A stretch of 64,000 nucleotides of DNA from an uncultured Methanosarcinales archaeon (GTDB lineage Archaea; Nanobdellota; Nanobdellia; Woesearchaeales; ARS49), in the NCBI GenBank assembly GCA_964637115.1, contig CAZWVL010000004.1:1-64000 (forward strand), in the 5' to 3' direction. Shown in pieces: positions 37,511-47,378 of the stretch. The position numbers were made by a program, and so were the translations under genes. Each line of letters begins with the position of its first letter. The first letter of the stretch is position 1. Under the pieces are notes generated by a model, which saw nothing but the letters and a program-made list of their open reading frames with translations, was not told the DNA's origin and searched no databases.

Positions 37511-37976
37511 ATTTTACTTTTTTGCTTTTTCGTTCTCTTCTAAGCAGGTCGCCTATGTCAAACAGTCTTTTTATTACTACTCTTTTGCCGTCTAAAGGCG
37601 CTATAACATTGCCATAGCCGAGGCATTCTTTGTGCTGGTTGAGTATGACTACCCTGTCATTCATTGCGGGATTGTTGTGTGATGCAATGCCTTTTGCGAA
37701 TATGTCTCTGCCGCAGATAAAGAGCCATTCTGCTTTCTCGTTCACAATTATATGCTTGCGTGCTTCTTTTGCTATCTGTTGTAAGAAGTCAATTGATGGA
37801 ATTAATACTGGACCTCTGATGTGCGCTATGCATTCGCCTGAATAAATCGGGTTCTTGCCTAGAAAATTCCTGTCCTTGACAATAAAGTATGATCTGCTGA
37901 CTATTTGTGCGTCTATTGTTCTTTTGATGCCGAATGGCTTGAGAAATTCTTCAATATTCATTGTTTTATTATTCAT
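37503..37976 (-). CDS. Nip7-like PUA-domain ribosome biogenesis protein
   Basis: KAEWLFICGRDIF, VVILNQHKECLGYG, DIGDLLRRE; directly downstream of the NOP2 homolog. Confidence 0.75.
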   Translation of the reverse strand: MNNKTMNIEEFLKPFGIKRTIDAQIVSRSYFIVKDRNFLGKNPIYSGECIAHIRGPVLIPSIDFLQQIAKEARKHIIVNEKAEWLFICGRDIFAKGIASHNNPAMNDRVVILNQHKECLGYGNVIAPLDGKRVVIKRLFDIGDLLRRERKSKKVKFI

Positions 37977-38866
37977 ATTCTCACCAGTTTTGCGATGAAG
38001 AATCCTTCTGTTCCTGTTTTGTGCGGCCAGAAACGTTTACAGAGTGAAATATCTGGGTGAAGTTTCTTGCCAAACACATTTGTTAGTCCAGGTTCACCGA
38101 TTGATATGTTGACTTTCTCTAGTCTTACTGGCAGATTTTGCAGCGCCCAGTCAATATTCATCTCGTTTTCTTCAGGTTCAAGTGAGCAGGTGCTGTAAAC
38201 TAGCTGGCCTCCGGACTTTAACATATTTACGCAATCGTGCAGTAATCTTCTTTGTATGTTGCTGCTTGTTTGTATTCCTTCCATTGTTCTTTTCTCAAAC
38301 CATCCTGCTTCTGTCATGTAGTTTCCTGCACAGGGTACGTCGAGGAGTATTTTGTCAAATTGTATGCCTAGTCTGCTTGCAAGGACTGCATTTCCTTCAA
38401 AGACTGTCGTGTTTGTAATGCCGCATCGTTCTAAGTTCATCAATAAGCTTGGTATTCTGTGCGGCTTAAGCTCATAAGCTACGATTGTTCCTTGATTTTT
38501 CATTTGTGCTGCTAATTGTGTTGTTTTGCCGCCTGGCGCCGCGCAGGCATCTAATATTATGTCTGTTGGCTTGGGGTCTAGTATTTCTACTGGCAGTTGT
38601 GCTGCTGCTTCTTGCAAATAATAGTAACCAAGCAGACATTCTGTTATTGCTCCGAGTGAGAATTTTGACTGCACTATAGAATAACCGTTTTTGGTGAATG
38701 GAATTCTTTCCAGTTTTACGCCTAATTTCTCAAGTCGTGCAATTAGTTCTTTGGCTGTTATCTTTAAAGTATTTACGCGCAGTGTTGGAAGAATCTTTAC
38801 GTCTGCTATTTCCCCGCCGATCTGCTCGTATCGCTTACGAAAGAATTCTTTTCCAGCGCTGTCCAT
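37973..38866 (-). CDS. RNA (cytosine-C5) methyltransferase, RsmB/NOP2/NSUN family
   Basis: YYLQEAAAQ, DACAAPGGKT, DVPCAG, YSTCSLEPEENE. Confidence 0.93.
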   Translation of the reverse strand: MDSAGKEFFRKRYEQIGGEIADVKILPTLRVNTLKITAKELIARLEKLGVKLERIPFTKNGYSIVQSKFSLGAITECLLGYYYLQEAAAQLPVEILDPKPTDIILDACAAPGGKTTQLAAQMKNQGTIVAYELKPHRIPSLLMNLERCGITNTTVFEGNAVLASRLGIQFDKILLDVPCAGNYMTEAGWFEKRTMEGIQTSSNIQRRLLHDCVNMLKSGGQLVYSTCSLEPEENEMNIDWALQNLPVRLEKVNISIGEPGLTNVFGKKLHPDISLCKRFWPHKTGTEGFFIAKLVRI

Positions 38867-40271
38867 GTGGTGTGTCCTCTACTGCTATTCCTTTGTTTTT
38901 AAGTTCGTCTCGTAATTCGTCAGCGCGTGCAAAATTCTTTATTTGGCGTGCTTTTTCGCGTTCGTCTACTAATTTCTGAAGTTCTGATGTTAATTTTTCT
39001 TCTTTTACCAGTACGCCAAGCACTGTGTTGACATCTTCCATGAATTTAGCAACGGCTTCCGCGTCTTGTTTACTGAGCTCGTGCGAATCAAGATGCCTAT
39101 TTATGATATTCATCAATTCAAAAATAGCGGCGAGTGCTGGACTCATCTCCAAATCATCGTCAAGTGACTGCTCGAATTGTAATCGTGCTTTTTGTATGGC
39201 ATCGTGCACTTCTGCGTTGTTCTTGCTGCCGTGCGCTTCTCTGAGGCGCAGCATGAAGTCATTTAGTCTTTGGATTGCAACAGTTGCTGCGTCTAGTGCT
39301 TCAAGTGTGAAATTCATCTTTTGCCTGTAGTGGGTTGACAATAGCAAATATCGAACAGCTATTGGGTTGTATCCTTTTGCAATCAAGTCGCGCAAGGTAT
39401 AGAAATTTCCAAGCGATTTTGACATTTTCTTGCCGTCTACTAGCAAAAATTCGGAATGTAACCAGTAATTTGCGAATTTCTTGCCAACACATCCTTCTGT
39501 CTGTGCTATTTCATCCTGATGGTGTGGGAAAATATTGTCAACGCCGCCGGTATGAATGTCTATAGTAACAAATTTTTCTGGATGGAACGCACTATTTGAA
39601 AACGCATCAGTAAGGTTTTTTGCACTCATGGCTGAACATTCGATATGCCATCCTGGTCTGCCTTTGCCTATTTCTGTTTCCCAGAAGACATCGCCATCTT
39701 TTTCGTCCCAGAATTTCCATAAAGCAAAGTCTGCGACGTTTTCTTTTTCATATTCATCTGCTTTGACTCTGCCTGACGCGCCTGCTTCAAGCTTGGCAAC
39801 ATCAATATTTGCCAATTGCCCGTAGTTTTTGAATTTTGCAATGGAGAAATATATGCCGTCGTCTGTTTTGTACGCTAATCCTTTTTCAAGAAGGCATTGT
39901 ATCATTGCGACCATTTCAGGAATGTAATCAGTTGCCTTTGGATATGCCTCTGCTGGTTCAATATTGAGTGCTTTAATGTCTTCAAAGAATGCCTTTGCAT
40001 ACATTTCTGCGAATTCTTTGAGAGACATGTTATTCTTCTGGCTGTCGCGGATAGTTTTGTCATCAACATCAGTAAGATTCATGACTTGCTTGACTTGATA
40101 GCCTCGATATTTTATCCAGCGTCTAAGCAAATCTTCAAACAGGAACGTTCTAAAGTTGCCTATCTGTGCAAAATTGTACACAGTCGGCCCACACGTATAC
40201 ATTCTGACGAGTTTTTTGTCTACCGGCTTGAATTCTTCCTTTGTTCTAGTGAGCGTATTGTAAAATTTCAT
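38835..40271 (-). CDS. cysS: Cysteinyl-tRNA synthetase
   Basis: CGPTVY, QIGN (HIGH variant), DFALWK, GRPGWHIECSAM, FPHHQDE, KMSKSLGN. Confidence 0.96.
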   Translation of the reverse strand: MKFYNTLTRTKEEFKPVDKKLVRMYTCGPTVYNFAQIGNFRTFLFEDLLRRWIKYRGYQVKQVMNLTDVDDKTIRDSQKNNMSLKEFAEMYAKAFFEDIKALNIEPAEAYPKATDYIPEMVAMIQCLLEKGLAYKTDDGIYFSIAKFKNYGQLANIDVAKLEAGASGRVKADEYEKENVADFALWKFWDEKDGDVFWETEIGKGRPGWHIECSAMSAKNLTDAFSNSAFHPEKFVTIDIHTGGVDNIFPHHQDEIAQTEGCVGKKFANYWLHSEFLLVDGKKMSKSLGNFYTLRDLIAKGYNPIAVRYLLLSTHYRQKMNFTLEALDAATVAIQRLNDFMLRLREAHGSKNNAEVHDAIQKARLQFEQSLDDDLEMSPALAAIFELMNIINRHLDSHELSKQDAEAVAKFMEDVNTVLGVLVKEEKLTSELQKLVDEREKARQIKNFARADELRDELKNKGIAVEDTPHGQRWKRILS

Positions 40272-40316
40272 GATTTGTCGTGCATTATGATGCTTTAAAT
40301 ACCTTTCGAGAATAAT

Positions 40317-40354
40317 GAGGACCGCCCTGCCCAGTTTCCCGAGCGGGCGGCCTC
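40317..40354 (-). other. GC-rich 16-bp RNA hairpin with GAAA tetraloop, 3' of the ABC permease
   Basis: Minus strand: GAGG-CCGCCC-GCUCGG-GAAA-CUGGGC-A-GGGCGG-U-CCUC; the G-U pairs form only on the minus strand. Confidence 0.7.
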
Positions 40355-40364
40355 TGGACGACAG

Positions 40365-42152
40365 TTATTTCTTTTTGAATTTCGCAAACACTGGCGCTAA
40401 ATCCTTTCCTAACTGTTGCATTGAATATCTGCGTGTTGCCATGTATATGCCATATGCGAGCAGTGCTGCCGCAACAATGTAGCCGAGCATTATTGTGATG
40501 TCTCCCATTAAGTCTATAATGGATGAATCAAACAATAATGCTCTTCTTAATAGCGAACTGGCTAAAACGTATGGATTGAAGCGTGCGATGTACGCAAATG
40601 CTTCCGGCATGCTTTCTATTGGGATTATGACGTCGCTTATGAAGAGGAATATTGCTCCTACGCTGACTGCTGTTAGGGTTGCTGTTTCTTCGTTGTTGAA
40701 GAAGTATCCAATCATCATTCCGATGAGTATGAAGAGCGAATTAACTATTAACAAAAGCAAAAACGCTTCTGGCACGTTTGTTATTATCTGGCTTGAGAAG
40801 AACACGCTTGCGATTGCAAGTATGATGATTGTTTGGAAAAACAGCAGTATGAATGCTGTGATGAAGTTTGAAATGACGTAACTTGAATCTCTGACTGGGG
40901 TCATGTATGTTCTGAAGCTTGCCGGAGAATGTTTGTCAAGCAATATGAGTGTAGGAGTTATGAGCAGTGACGTGAACATGATGACAAGTACAATCAACAC
41001 TGGGAAGAGATAGTTCAAATACGTTTTTTGTTGTACAAGTGGTTTGATTGACGTAACTATCGGCTGTGAAACTGCGCTTGGGTCTTTTATCTCTATTGCG
41101 CTGATTCTGTTATCGATGTCGTTCATGGCTTGTTGGATTTCTAGAATGTTCAGCAAACTCTTGTCAAGGAGGGTATTAACTGCGTCTAATACGCGCAAAC
41201 TTAGCTGTCTGCTCGTGTCTGCTTCTTGCAAACGCGATTTGGTATTGGAGATTTGTCCGGCAAGTGCGTCAAGGTCTTTTGAGAAATCAGCAAATGATTG
41301 CATGGTGAGATTTTTTGTTTCAGCCATTTCTGCCTTAATTTTTTTGATCTCATCTACGCTTTTTTGGAAGCTCGCAAGAAGATTGTCTTTGGTTTGTCCG
41401 CTGGCGCCCGATGTTTTGACAAGTGCGTCTGCAGCGTCGATGAATGATGTGGCCTTGCTGAGTCCTTTATCGCCAAGTGCTAGTGCACTATCCACCCATT
41501 GTTTGACTTGTGTCTTGGCTTTTGTAAGGTTTTCAAGAGGAAACGCACTTTCGTCAAAGGTTAAATCAACGTCGCTTAATTCTGCCATTAACTGTTGTGT
41601 GTTCTTTGAAAGTAAATCGTTTTGTGTTGTGAGCTTGATAACTACTTGTCTTTGGTCTCCTATGCGCTGGTGCGCGTATTCGAGCGTGTCAAGCAGCACT
41701 TTCGTGAAGTTTCTGCTTGCTTGGAGTGTTTTTTCGCCTACTTTTTCAGTCATTACTTGTAAAACTGTCCAGACGAGATTTATTCTGGAGTAATCAACGT
41801 GGAATGTGATTTCGTTCATGGGCGGCTTGCCGACTGTGAAATTTGAAGAGAATACCATGCAAGTGTTGATGTCTGTTTTTCTTATGGCGTCAACGCATTC
41901 ATCTTCAGTTATGTATTCTATTACTTTGAATTGTTCTCTTAATTGGTCTAGGAATGCTGTTGTGACTTCATTTGCATCAGGTCTGTAGCTGCCTATCTTG
42001 ACTGCATATACGTTGCTGTTGTCAAACGCTAATCCTGCCAGAAAAACGACAAGAAGAGGTCCAAGAATTACTACTAGTGAGCTTGCTTTTGCCCTGACTA
42101 GGTTTTTGAGATTTTTCTTTACAAGTTCTAAAACTTCCTGGGCAATGTTCAT
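40365..42152 (-). CDS. ABC-2-type exporter permease with long coiled-coil extracytoplasmic domain
   Basis: N-terminal TM, long helical region, C-terminal multi-TM ABC2 domain (YLFPVLIVLVIMF, IIPIESMP, NPYVLA). Confidence 0.85.
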   Translation of the reverse strand: MNIAQEVLELVKKNLKNLVRAKASSLVVILGPLLVVFLAGLAFDNSNVYAVKIGSYRPDANEVTTAFLDQLREQFKVIEYITEDECVDAIRKTDINTCMVFSSNFTVGKPPMNEITFHVDYSRINLVWTVLQVMTEKVGEKTLQASRNFTKVLLDTLEYAHQRIGDQRQVVIKLTTQNDLLSKNTQQLMAELSDVDLTFDESAFPLENLTKAKTQVKQWVDSALALGDKGLSKATSFIDAADALVKTSGASGQTKDNLLASFQKSVDEIKKIKAEMAETKNLTMQSFADFSKDLDALAGQISNTKSRLQEADTSRQLSLRVLDAVNTLLDKSLLNILEIQQAMNDIDNRISAIEIKDPSAVSQPIVTSIKPLVQQKTYLNYLFPVLIVLVIMFTSLLITPTLILLDKHSPASFRTYMTPVRDSSYVISNFITAFILLFFQTIIILAIASVFFSSQIITNVPEAFLLLLIVNSLFILIGMMIGYFFNNEETATLTAVSVGAIFLFISDVIIPIESMPEAFAYIARFNPYVLASSLLRRALLFDSSIIDLMGDITIMLGYIVAAALLAYGIYMATRRYSMQQLGKDLAPVFAKFKKK

Positions 42153-43237
42153 CTTCGCACCACAGATTCGAATACTTTGCCTAGGCTTGGTCTTGCTACG
42201 TGCAGACTTTGGACGTCTTTTTTGCGTTCGAGATATTCGGAAATGACTGGCAGTATTTTTTCAGGCATTGGTGTTTGTATTACGAGTTCGCCTGATTCTT
42301 GTGTTACTTTGCTCAGGTATCGTTTGCGCTTGCTGAGTTCTTTTAGAATATTGCTATAGTCTTTTGATGCTGTCTGGAAGTAAATTTCATAGTTGCGTGA
42401 GTAAATGTTCCTTAATTCTTCTGCCGTGCCGAGTTCTGCTATTTTCTTGTTTTGCAGTATGCCTATTCTGTCGCAAAGGAGTTCTATTTCTGCAAGGAAG
42501 TGTGATGCCAGGATTATTGTGGTGCCTTTTTCGTTTATCTGCTTGATTAACTCCCAGAATTGTTTTCTTAATATCGGGTCTAGGTCTGCTGTTGGTTCGT
42601 CAAGCACAAGGATGCTTGGGTCGTGCAGCAATGCGCAGGCTATGTCAAGTCTTTTTTGCATTCCTCCTGACAAATGTGATGAAGTGGCATCTCTTGCATC
42701 TTTTAATCCAACTAGTTCGATGAGCGCATTTGCTCTTCTTATCAAATCTGTCTCTTCCATGCCGTATAATCTGCCGAAGTGTTCAAGGTTTTCCCGCACT
42801 GTGAGCTTGCCGTAAAAGCTTGGTGTTTGTGTTGAGAATCCTACGTATTTTTTGATGAGTTCTGGATGCTTGAACACGCTTTGTATGCTGCCGTCTGGCA
42901 GTGCAAGCAATACATCTCCCTGGTCGGGTTTGAAAAAGCCGACAAGCAGATTGAGAAGGGTTGTCTTGCCTGCTCCGCTTATGCCTATTAGGCCGAAAAT
43001 TTCTCCTGCTTGGACGTCAAAGTCGACATTTTCGAGAATTGTGTTCTGGCCGAATTTTTTGGCAATGCCTTGCACCCTTATGATTACGCCTTTTTCGAGT
43101 TTTTTGAATGCCTTGTCGATGTAGTTCGTAACTTGTGATTCAGGCCATCCTGCTTTGAGAAGGAGTGCTCTGATTTCTTGCCTGGACAATCCTTGTTGTG
43201 CTGTCAGCTGTATGTGCTCTGCCAGTGTGTCGTCCAT
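42149..43237 (-). CDS. ABC exporter ATP-binding protein with extra N-terminal helical module
   Basis: GISGAGKTT, LSGGMQKRL, LDEPTADLD, ASH. Confidence 0.93.
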   Translation of the reverse strand: MDDTLAEHIQLTAQQGLSRQEIRALLLKAGWPESQVTNYIDKAFKKLEKGVIIRVQGIAKKFGQNTILENVDFDVQAGEIFGLIGISGAGKTTLLNLLVGFFKPDQGDVLLALPDGSIQSVFKHPELIKKYVGFSTQTPSFYGKLTVRENLEHFGRLYGMEETDLIRRANALIELVGLKDARDATSSHLSGGMQKRLDIACALLHDPSILVLDEPTADLDPILRKQFWELIKQINEKGTTIILASHFLAEIELLCDRIGILQNKKIAELGTAEELRNIYSRNYEIYFQTASKDYSNILKELSKRKRYLSKVTQESGELVIQTPMPEKILPVISEYLERKKDVQSLHVARPSLGKVFESVVRR

Positions 43238-43394
43238 AGGGCGTTAGTACGCCAGTTTGTTTAAAAATAAAAGCAACTATTCGATAGTGGGAACTTCGGG
43301 GTTCGAGGGGACCGGGAATTAAGGCCTCTTCGTTATGATTGCGTAGCCTATATTGCAATAATCTTTTTATATGATTGCCAACAATGTTTCTGTT

Positions 43395-43835
43395 ATGGGA
43401 CGCTGTGAGTTGTGTGGCAAAGAGACGCCGTTGATTACAGCTATTGTTGAAGGCACGCAGATGTCTGTTTGCCAGGATTGTGGTAAGTTCGGAAAGGTCA
43501 TTCAGAGGCCTGTTGCACGTTTTGCCAAGCAGTCAATTGCAAAAGAGACTGAACCTGCCGAAGTTGTTGTTTCTGATTATGCACAGCGCATCCGTCAGGC
43601 AAGAGAGAAATCTGGCATGACGCAGAAGGAGTTTGCAATGATGCTCAATGAGAAGGAGAGCATTATTCATAAGATTGAGAACAGTCAATTCGTCCCTCCC
43701 ATCAGCATGGCGAGGAAATTGGAGAAATTGTTGAAGATAACTCTGATTGAGATTGAGGAAGAGGAAAAGACAGAGGCTGCGACTAAGAGCTCTGGTCCTT
43801 TGACGATTGGAGATATTATTAACCTGAAGAAATAG
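43395..43835 (+). CDS. Archaeal multiprotein bridging factor aMBF1 (Zn-ribbon plus HTH)
   Basis: CELCG...VCQDCGKFG, YAQRIRQARE..GMTQKEFA, LTIGDII. Confidence 0.9.
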   Translation: MGRCELCGKETPLITAIVEGTQMSVCQDCGKFGKVIQRPVARFAKQSIAKETEPAEVVVSDYAQRIRQAREKSGMTQKEFAMMLNEKESIIHKIENSQFVPPISMARKLEKLLKITLIEIEEEEKTEAATKSSGPLTIGDIINLKK

Positions 43836-44913
43836 CTGCATACTTTTCAATTATTTTGTTTTGCATTCCCGTATTTAGTGCAATTAAGCCATTTTCGCAA
43901 GATTGCAATGCCTGATTGATCCCAATAAGAAGAAGTGAGCGAGTTAGCTGAATTTTTTCTGGGGGAACATTGTCTTTGTTTCCATCAAAATTGATTGGAA
44001 AGCCGCTATTGAGAAGGTTTATTTCGTTTATTGAGATTGTTTTATGGCAGACGGTATAGCGTGGAAGCTGTTTTCTCAAGAAAATTGCAGGAAATTCTAT
44101 GTCAGAAGATGAGGCGCTTGCTAATACAACGCCTTTTTTGCATTCTTCCAGCTGTTTAGGCTGTAAAATTGTATTTCCTGTGCATCCAACAATAAGATCA
44201 TAGGCATCAAGTTTTAGTCTTGATTCTGAGAATAATGCTTGCTTATTTCTTGATATGTCATAGCTTGTAACAGAATAATGCCTGCCAAGCAATTCGTAGA
44301 CACAATTTCCAATGGCGCCATTTCCCACAACAAGTACATTTGAATTCTCCCGCAAATATGGCTGAATTTTTTCTGCCACGACTCCGGCAATCATAGGAGA
44401 TTCTAATCTCAATTTGGCTTCGCATCGTGCCACGTTCACAACAGGATACTTCAAAGAAGCTTCATTCAGCTTTCTATACCCTGAAGATGTTTGTTCAACA
44501 CCAAACGTGTTCTTGAAAGCTCCATTTGCCGCGAGGAGCAGATCTCCCCCATCATCTATTACAAGTACTCGTTCAAGATTTGACAATGATGAATGAGAGA
44601 ATGCAAGCAGTTCTTCTATGGCTTGTTGAGTCTGTTCATCAAACGTTCTATAACTGTCGAAGGTGTCGGAATGGGGACTGACATAAGCGCCGCTATTTAT
44701 GAAGCGGTTAAGTACATCTTTATTTGTTGAATAGCATTTTCCTAGAAGGAAGACATGCTTTGGATTGAGATTCTTCTTGAAGAGTTTTTCAAATAAATCG
44801 TAAGTTGTTGAGAGCAGATGCTGCCTTGCAAGAACTCCCGTGTGCTGCATATCAAATCCGCACAATTCTGCTGCGTAGTCCAAAACCGGCAATGTGTACT
44901 GATTCGCCACCAT
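43819..44913 (-). CDS. Divergent S-adenosylhomocysteine hydrolase-like NAD-binding protein
   Basis: QHLLSTT, YST, IDDGGDL, EQTSSG, PVVNVA..AK, VGNGAIG, LLNSGFPINF. Confidence 0.65.
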   Translation of the reverse strand: MVANQYTLPVLDYAAELCGFDMQHTGVLARQHLLSTTYDLFEKLFKKNLNPKHVFLLGKCYSTNKDVLNRFINSGAYVSPHSDTFDSYRTFDEQTQQAIEELLAFSHSSLSNLERVLVIDDGGDLLLAANGAFKNTFGVEQTSSGYRKLNEASLKYPVVNVARCEAKLRLESPMIAGVVAEKIQPYLRENSNVLVVGNGAIGNCVYELLGRHYSVTSYDISRNKQALFSESRLKLDAYDLIVGCTGNTILQPKQLEECKKGVVLASASSSDIEFPAIFLRKQLPRYTVCHKTISINEINLLNSGFPINFDGNKDNVPPEKIQLTRSLLLIGINQALQSCENGLIALNTGMQNKIIEKYAAISSG

Positions 44914-45007
44914 AGAGTGGTGGTATTATTCGGAATTTAAAGATTATTCTACCAGATTTTACGTAGAAAACGCATAATTTAAATAGAAAACCAGATAAAT
45001 AGGTAAA

Positions 45008-45991
45008 ATGCTGGATAAAGTTGACAAAAAGCTCCTACACCGTCTGCACGTTAATGCGAGATCTCCAGTCAGCCAAATAGCAAAAAGCACAGGTTTGACA
45101 CGCGAGGTCGTATCGTATAGAATGAAACGTCTTGAAGAAGAGGGAGTAATCAAGTCGTACATAACAAGAATTAATCAATCATTCTTTTGTGAAGGCATTG
45201 GAACAATAGCATTCAAGTTGACTAAGTTCGACGAAAAAAGATTTAATGAAATACTTGATTTCCTGAAGAAGCACAGGGCTGTTAACTGGGTGGCGGAACT
45301 TTCAGGAACCACAGACATTGTTGTCACCTTGCTGTACAAGAATTCTCAAGATCTTGCAAATACAATATCTGAAATAACCATTTTCATGGGAAACAATCTC
45401 AAGGAGCACCATCTGTCCTTATACATTACTGAATATAAGTTTGAAAGGCAGGGCATCATTTATGGAAAGCAGTCCGAGCATCCGCTTGAACGGGTTGTTT
45501 CTTTTGGGGAACAGAAAGCAAAAGTAAAGATTGACGAAAATGACATGATTATTCTAAGGGAACTTGCCAAGAACTGTAGAATTAAAAATATCGAATTGGC
45601 CAAGGAGACTGGACTGAGCGAGGATATGGTGCGCTTAAGGATAAAAAAACTTGAAAAGCAGAAAATAATTCTCGGCCATACTATTGCCTTAGATATCAAC
45701 AAATTCGGTCTCGAGGCTTATTATATGGCGTTTCAGATTGAAAAAATGACAAGGGAAACAATTGCGAAACTTTCATACTATGCGCATATGAATCCTTATA
45801 TTGGCTATTGTGCGAGAGCTGCTGGAAAATATAATGTTATTCTTGCGCTTTACGCATTTGATAGAAAACACTTTAATGATCTTTTGCACGATATAAGGAA
45901 GCATTTCGGGGATAAGCTTGCTGATTATGAGTTCCAATTGAATCTTCAGGAACATAAGGAAGTTTTTGTTCCTGAAAATTTTATTTCTTAG
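45008..45991 (+). CDS. Tandem Lrp/AsnC-family transcriptional regulator (two HTH-RAM units)
   Basis: LDKVDKKLLHRLHVNARSPVSQIAK and IDENDMIILRELAKNCRIKNIELAK. Confidence 0.88.
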   Translation: MLDKVDKKLLHRLHVNARSPVSQIAKSTGLTREVVSYRMKRLEEEGVIKSYITRINQSFFCEGIGTIAFKLTKFDEKRFNEILDFLKKHRAVNWVAELSGTTDIVVTLLYKNSQDLANTISEITIFMGNNLKEHHLSLYITEYKFERQGIIYGKQSEHPLERVVSFGEQKAKVKIDENDMIILRELAKNCRIKNIELAKETGLSEDMVRLRIKKLEKQKIILGHTIALDINKFGLEAYYMAFQIEKMTRETIAKLSYYAHMNPYIGYCARAAGKYNVILALYAFDRKHFNDLLHDIRKHFGDKLADYEFQLNLQEHKEVFVPENFIS

Positions 45992-47378
45992 CCCAAATTC
46001 TATACCAGCACTTTCCAGACTGTTCATCAAATACTCTCATAAATTTCTCGTCGACTTGTGCGAGCATTTGTTCTGTTTTTGCTGGACATTCTGCATCATC
46101 AGGCGGGCAGATTATTCCTCCGCCGCAGTTATCAATAAGTATTGCGCCGATTTTGTCTGAATGTTTTTTGACATATTCAAAAAAGTCTCTTGAGACGTTT
46201 GTTCCATAAACTGGATAGTATATTTTTTCTAATTTAGTATCAATATATGTTGCAATGATGGGATTCGCCGTCCAAATTTCTCCAGATATTTGTTTGTCTT
46301 GAACATAACCGAAGTATCGTTCTGCAACTTCATCTGGTTGTTGCAGTTCATTTTCATAATAGTATCTAATGCTTGTATTTAGCATCCAGAGACCGAGAAT
46401 AATTGCAATAATTGCAAACACCCATTTATTTTTTGTTTTTAATAAATCATATATCCAAACGATGCCAAGTGCAGTTAGCATTGCAGCAAATGGCAGTATT
46501 AATGTCAAGTAGCGGTAATCATGGCAGTGAATCTGTATCAGGTAAGCTGCAGGCAGCACTAAACTGAGCGCATAGAGTATGTGTTGCTTTCTCCATCTTT
46601 TGTAGAGGGCATATAGTCCTGGAACTGCCATGAAGTGGAGTACGGTCTCGCTGAAAACAAGCCACCATCCGTAGTACCACCACGGCCGGTATCGTAAAAC
46701 ATTGCAGCCAAGTACTTTTGAGATTGCGTCTTGTGCCGCTGCTGTTGTGGCAAGTGGACTGCCGTATGCAATCCAGCTGTACAAAATATATGGGATGATA
46801 ATGGTTGCAAATCCTGCAAGTGCAGGCATTATCTTTTTCTTTTTGGAAAATACAAGTGCCGCAATTATGACTATGATGAAAATTCCTGCTGTGAATTTTG
46901 AGATGTATGCTAGGCCGACAGCCAGTCCAGACCAATAATATTTTTCTTTGGTGAACAACCACAAGGCTAGCAATGCAAAGAACACGTGTGGAATTTCTGT
47001 GTATTGATGAAAGCTTAGATAATAGAATATTGGGCTTACTGCGATAATTAGAGAAGCCAGTATTGCAACCTTTTCATCCCACCAATATCGTGCGAGCTGA
47101 TACGTTAGCCAAACTATGCCGAGCATCAGCAGAATTTCAAATAGTCTGCCGAAAAGTGCAGGGTCAAGGCCAATCTTCCAGAATAATCCTAGAATTATTG
47201 GTACAAATGGCGGCCTGATGTGCTCCCAGAGACCGTTTTCTCCTCCGGAGAACAAATATTTTCCCATGCCGACGTATACTCCTGCATCCCACCAGATTTC
47301 GTGCCAGCCAAAGGCAAACATGAGGCGAATAATTAGAGCAACCGCGAGAATTATAATTAATGGATAGTTCCTTCTCAT
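45981..47378 (-). CDS. GT-C fold membrane glycosyltransferase (PMT/ArnT-like)
   Basis: Multi-TM; WWDAGVY and HIRPP loop, YTEIP, HDYRYL. Confidence 0.8.
   Translation of the reverse strand: MRRNYPLIIILAVALIIRLMFAFGWHEIWWDAGVYVGMGKYLFSGGENGLWEHIRPPFVPIILGLFWKIGLDPALFGRLFEILLMLGIVWLTYQLARYWWDEKVAILASLIIAVSPIFYYLSFHQYTEIPHVFFALLALWLFTKEKYYWSGLAVGLAYISKFTAGIFIIVIIAALVFSKKKKIMPALAGFATIIIPYILYSWIAYGSPLATTAAAQDAISKVLGCNVLRYRPWWYYGWWLVFSETVLHFMAVPGLYALYKRWRKQHILYALSLVLPAAYLIQIHCHDYRYLTLILPFAAMLTALGIVWIYDLLKTKNKWVFAIIAIILGLWMLNTSIRYYYENELQQPDEVAERYFGYVQDKQISGEIWTANPIIATYIDTKLEKIYYPVYGTNVSRDFFEYVKKHSDKIGAILIDNCGGGIICPPDDAECPAKTEQMLAQVDEKFMRVFDEQSGKCWYRIWAKK

Noticed and set aside
40160-40175. CysRS HIGH motif reads QIGN
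   Set aside because: Single substitution with all Zn ligands and KMSKS intact; no reason to suspect altered function.
43276-43325. GC-rich stretch containing GTTCGA (tRNA T-loop-like)
   Set aside because: No acceptor, D or anticodon stems can be formed on either strand.
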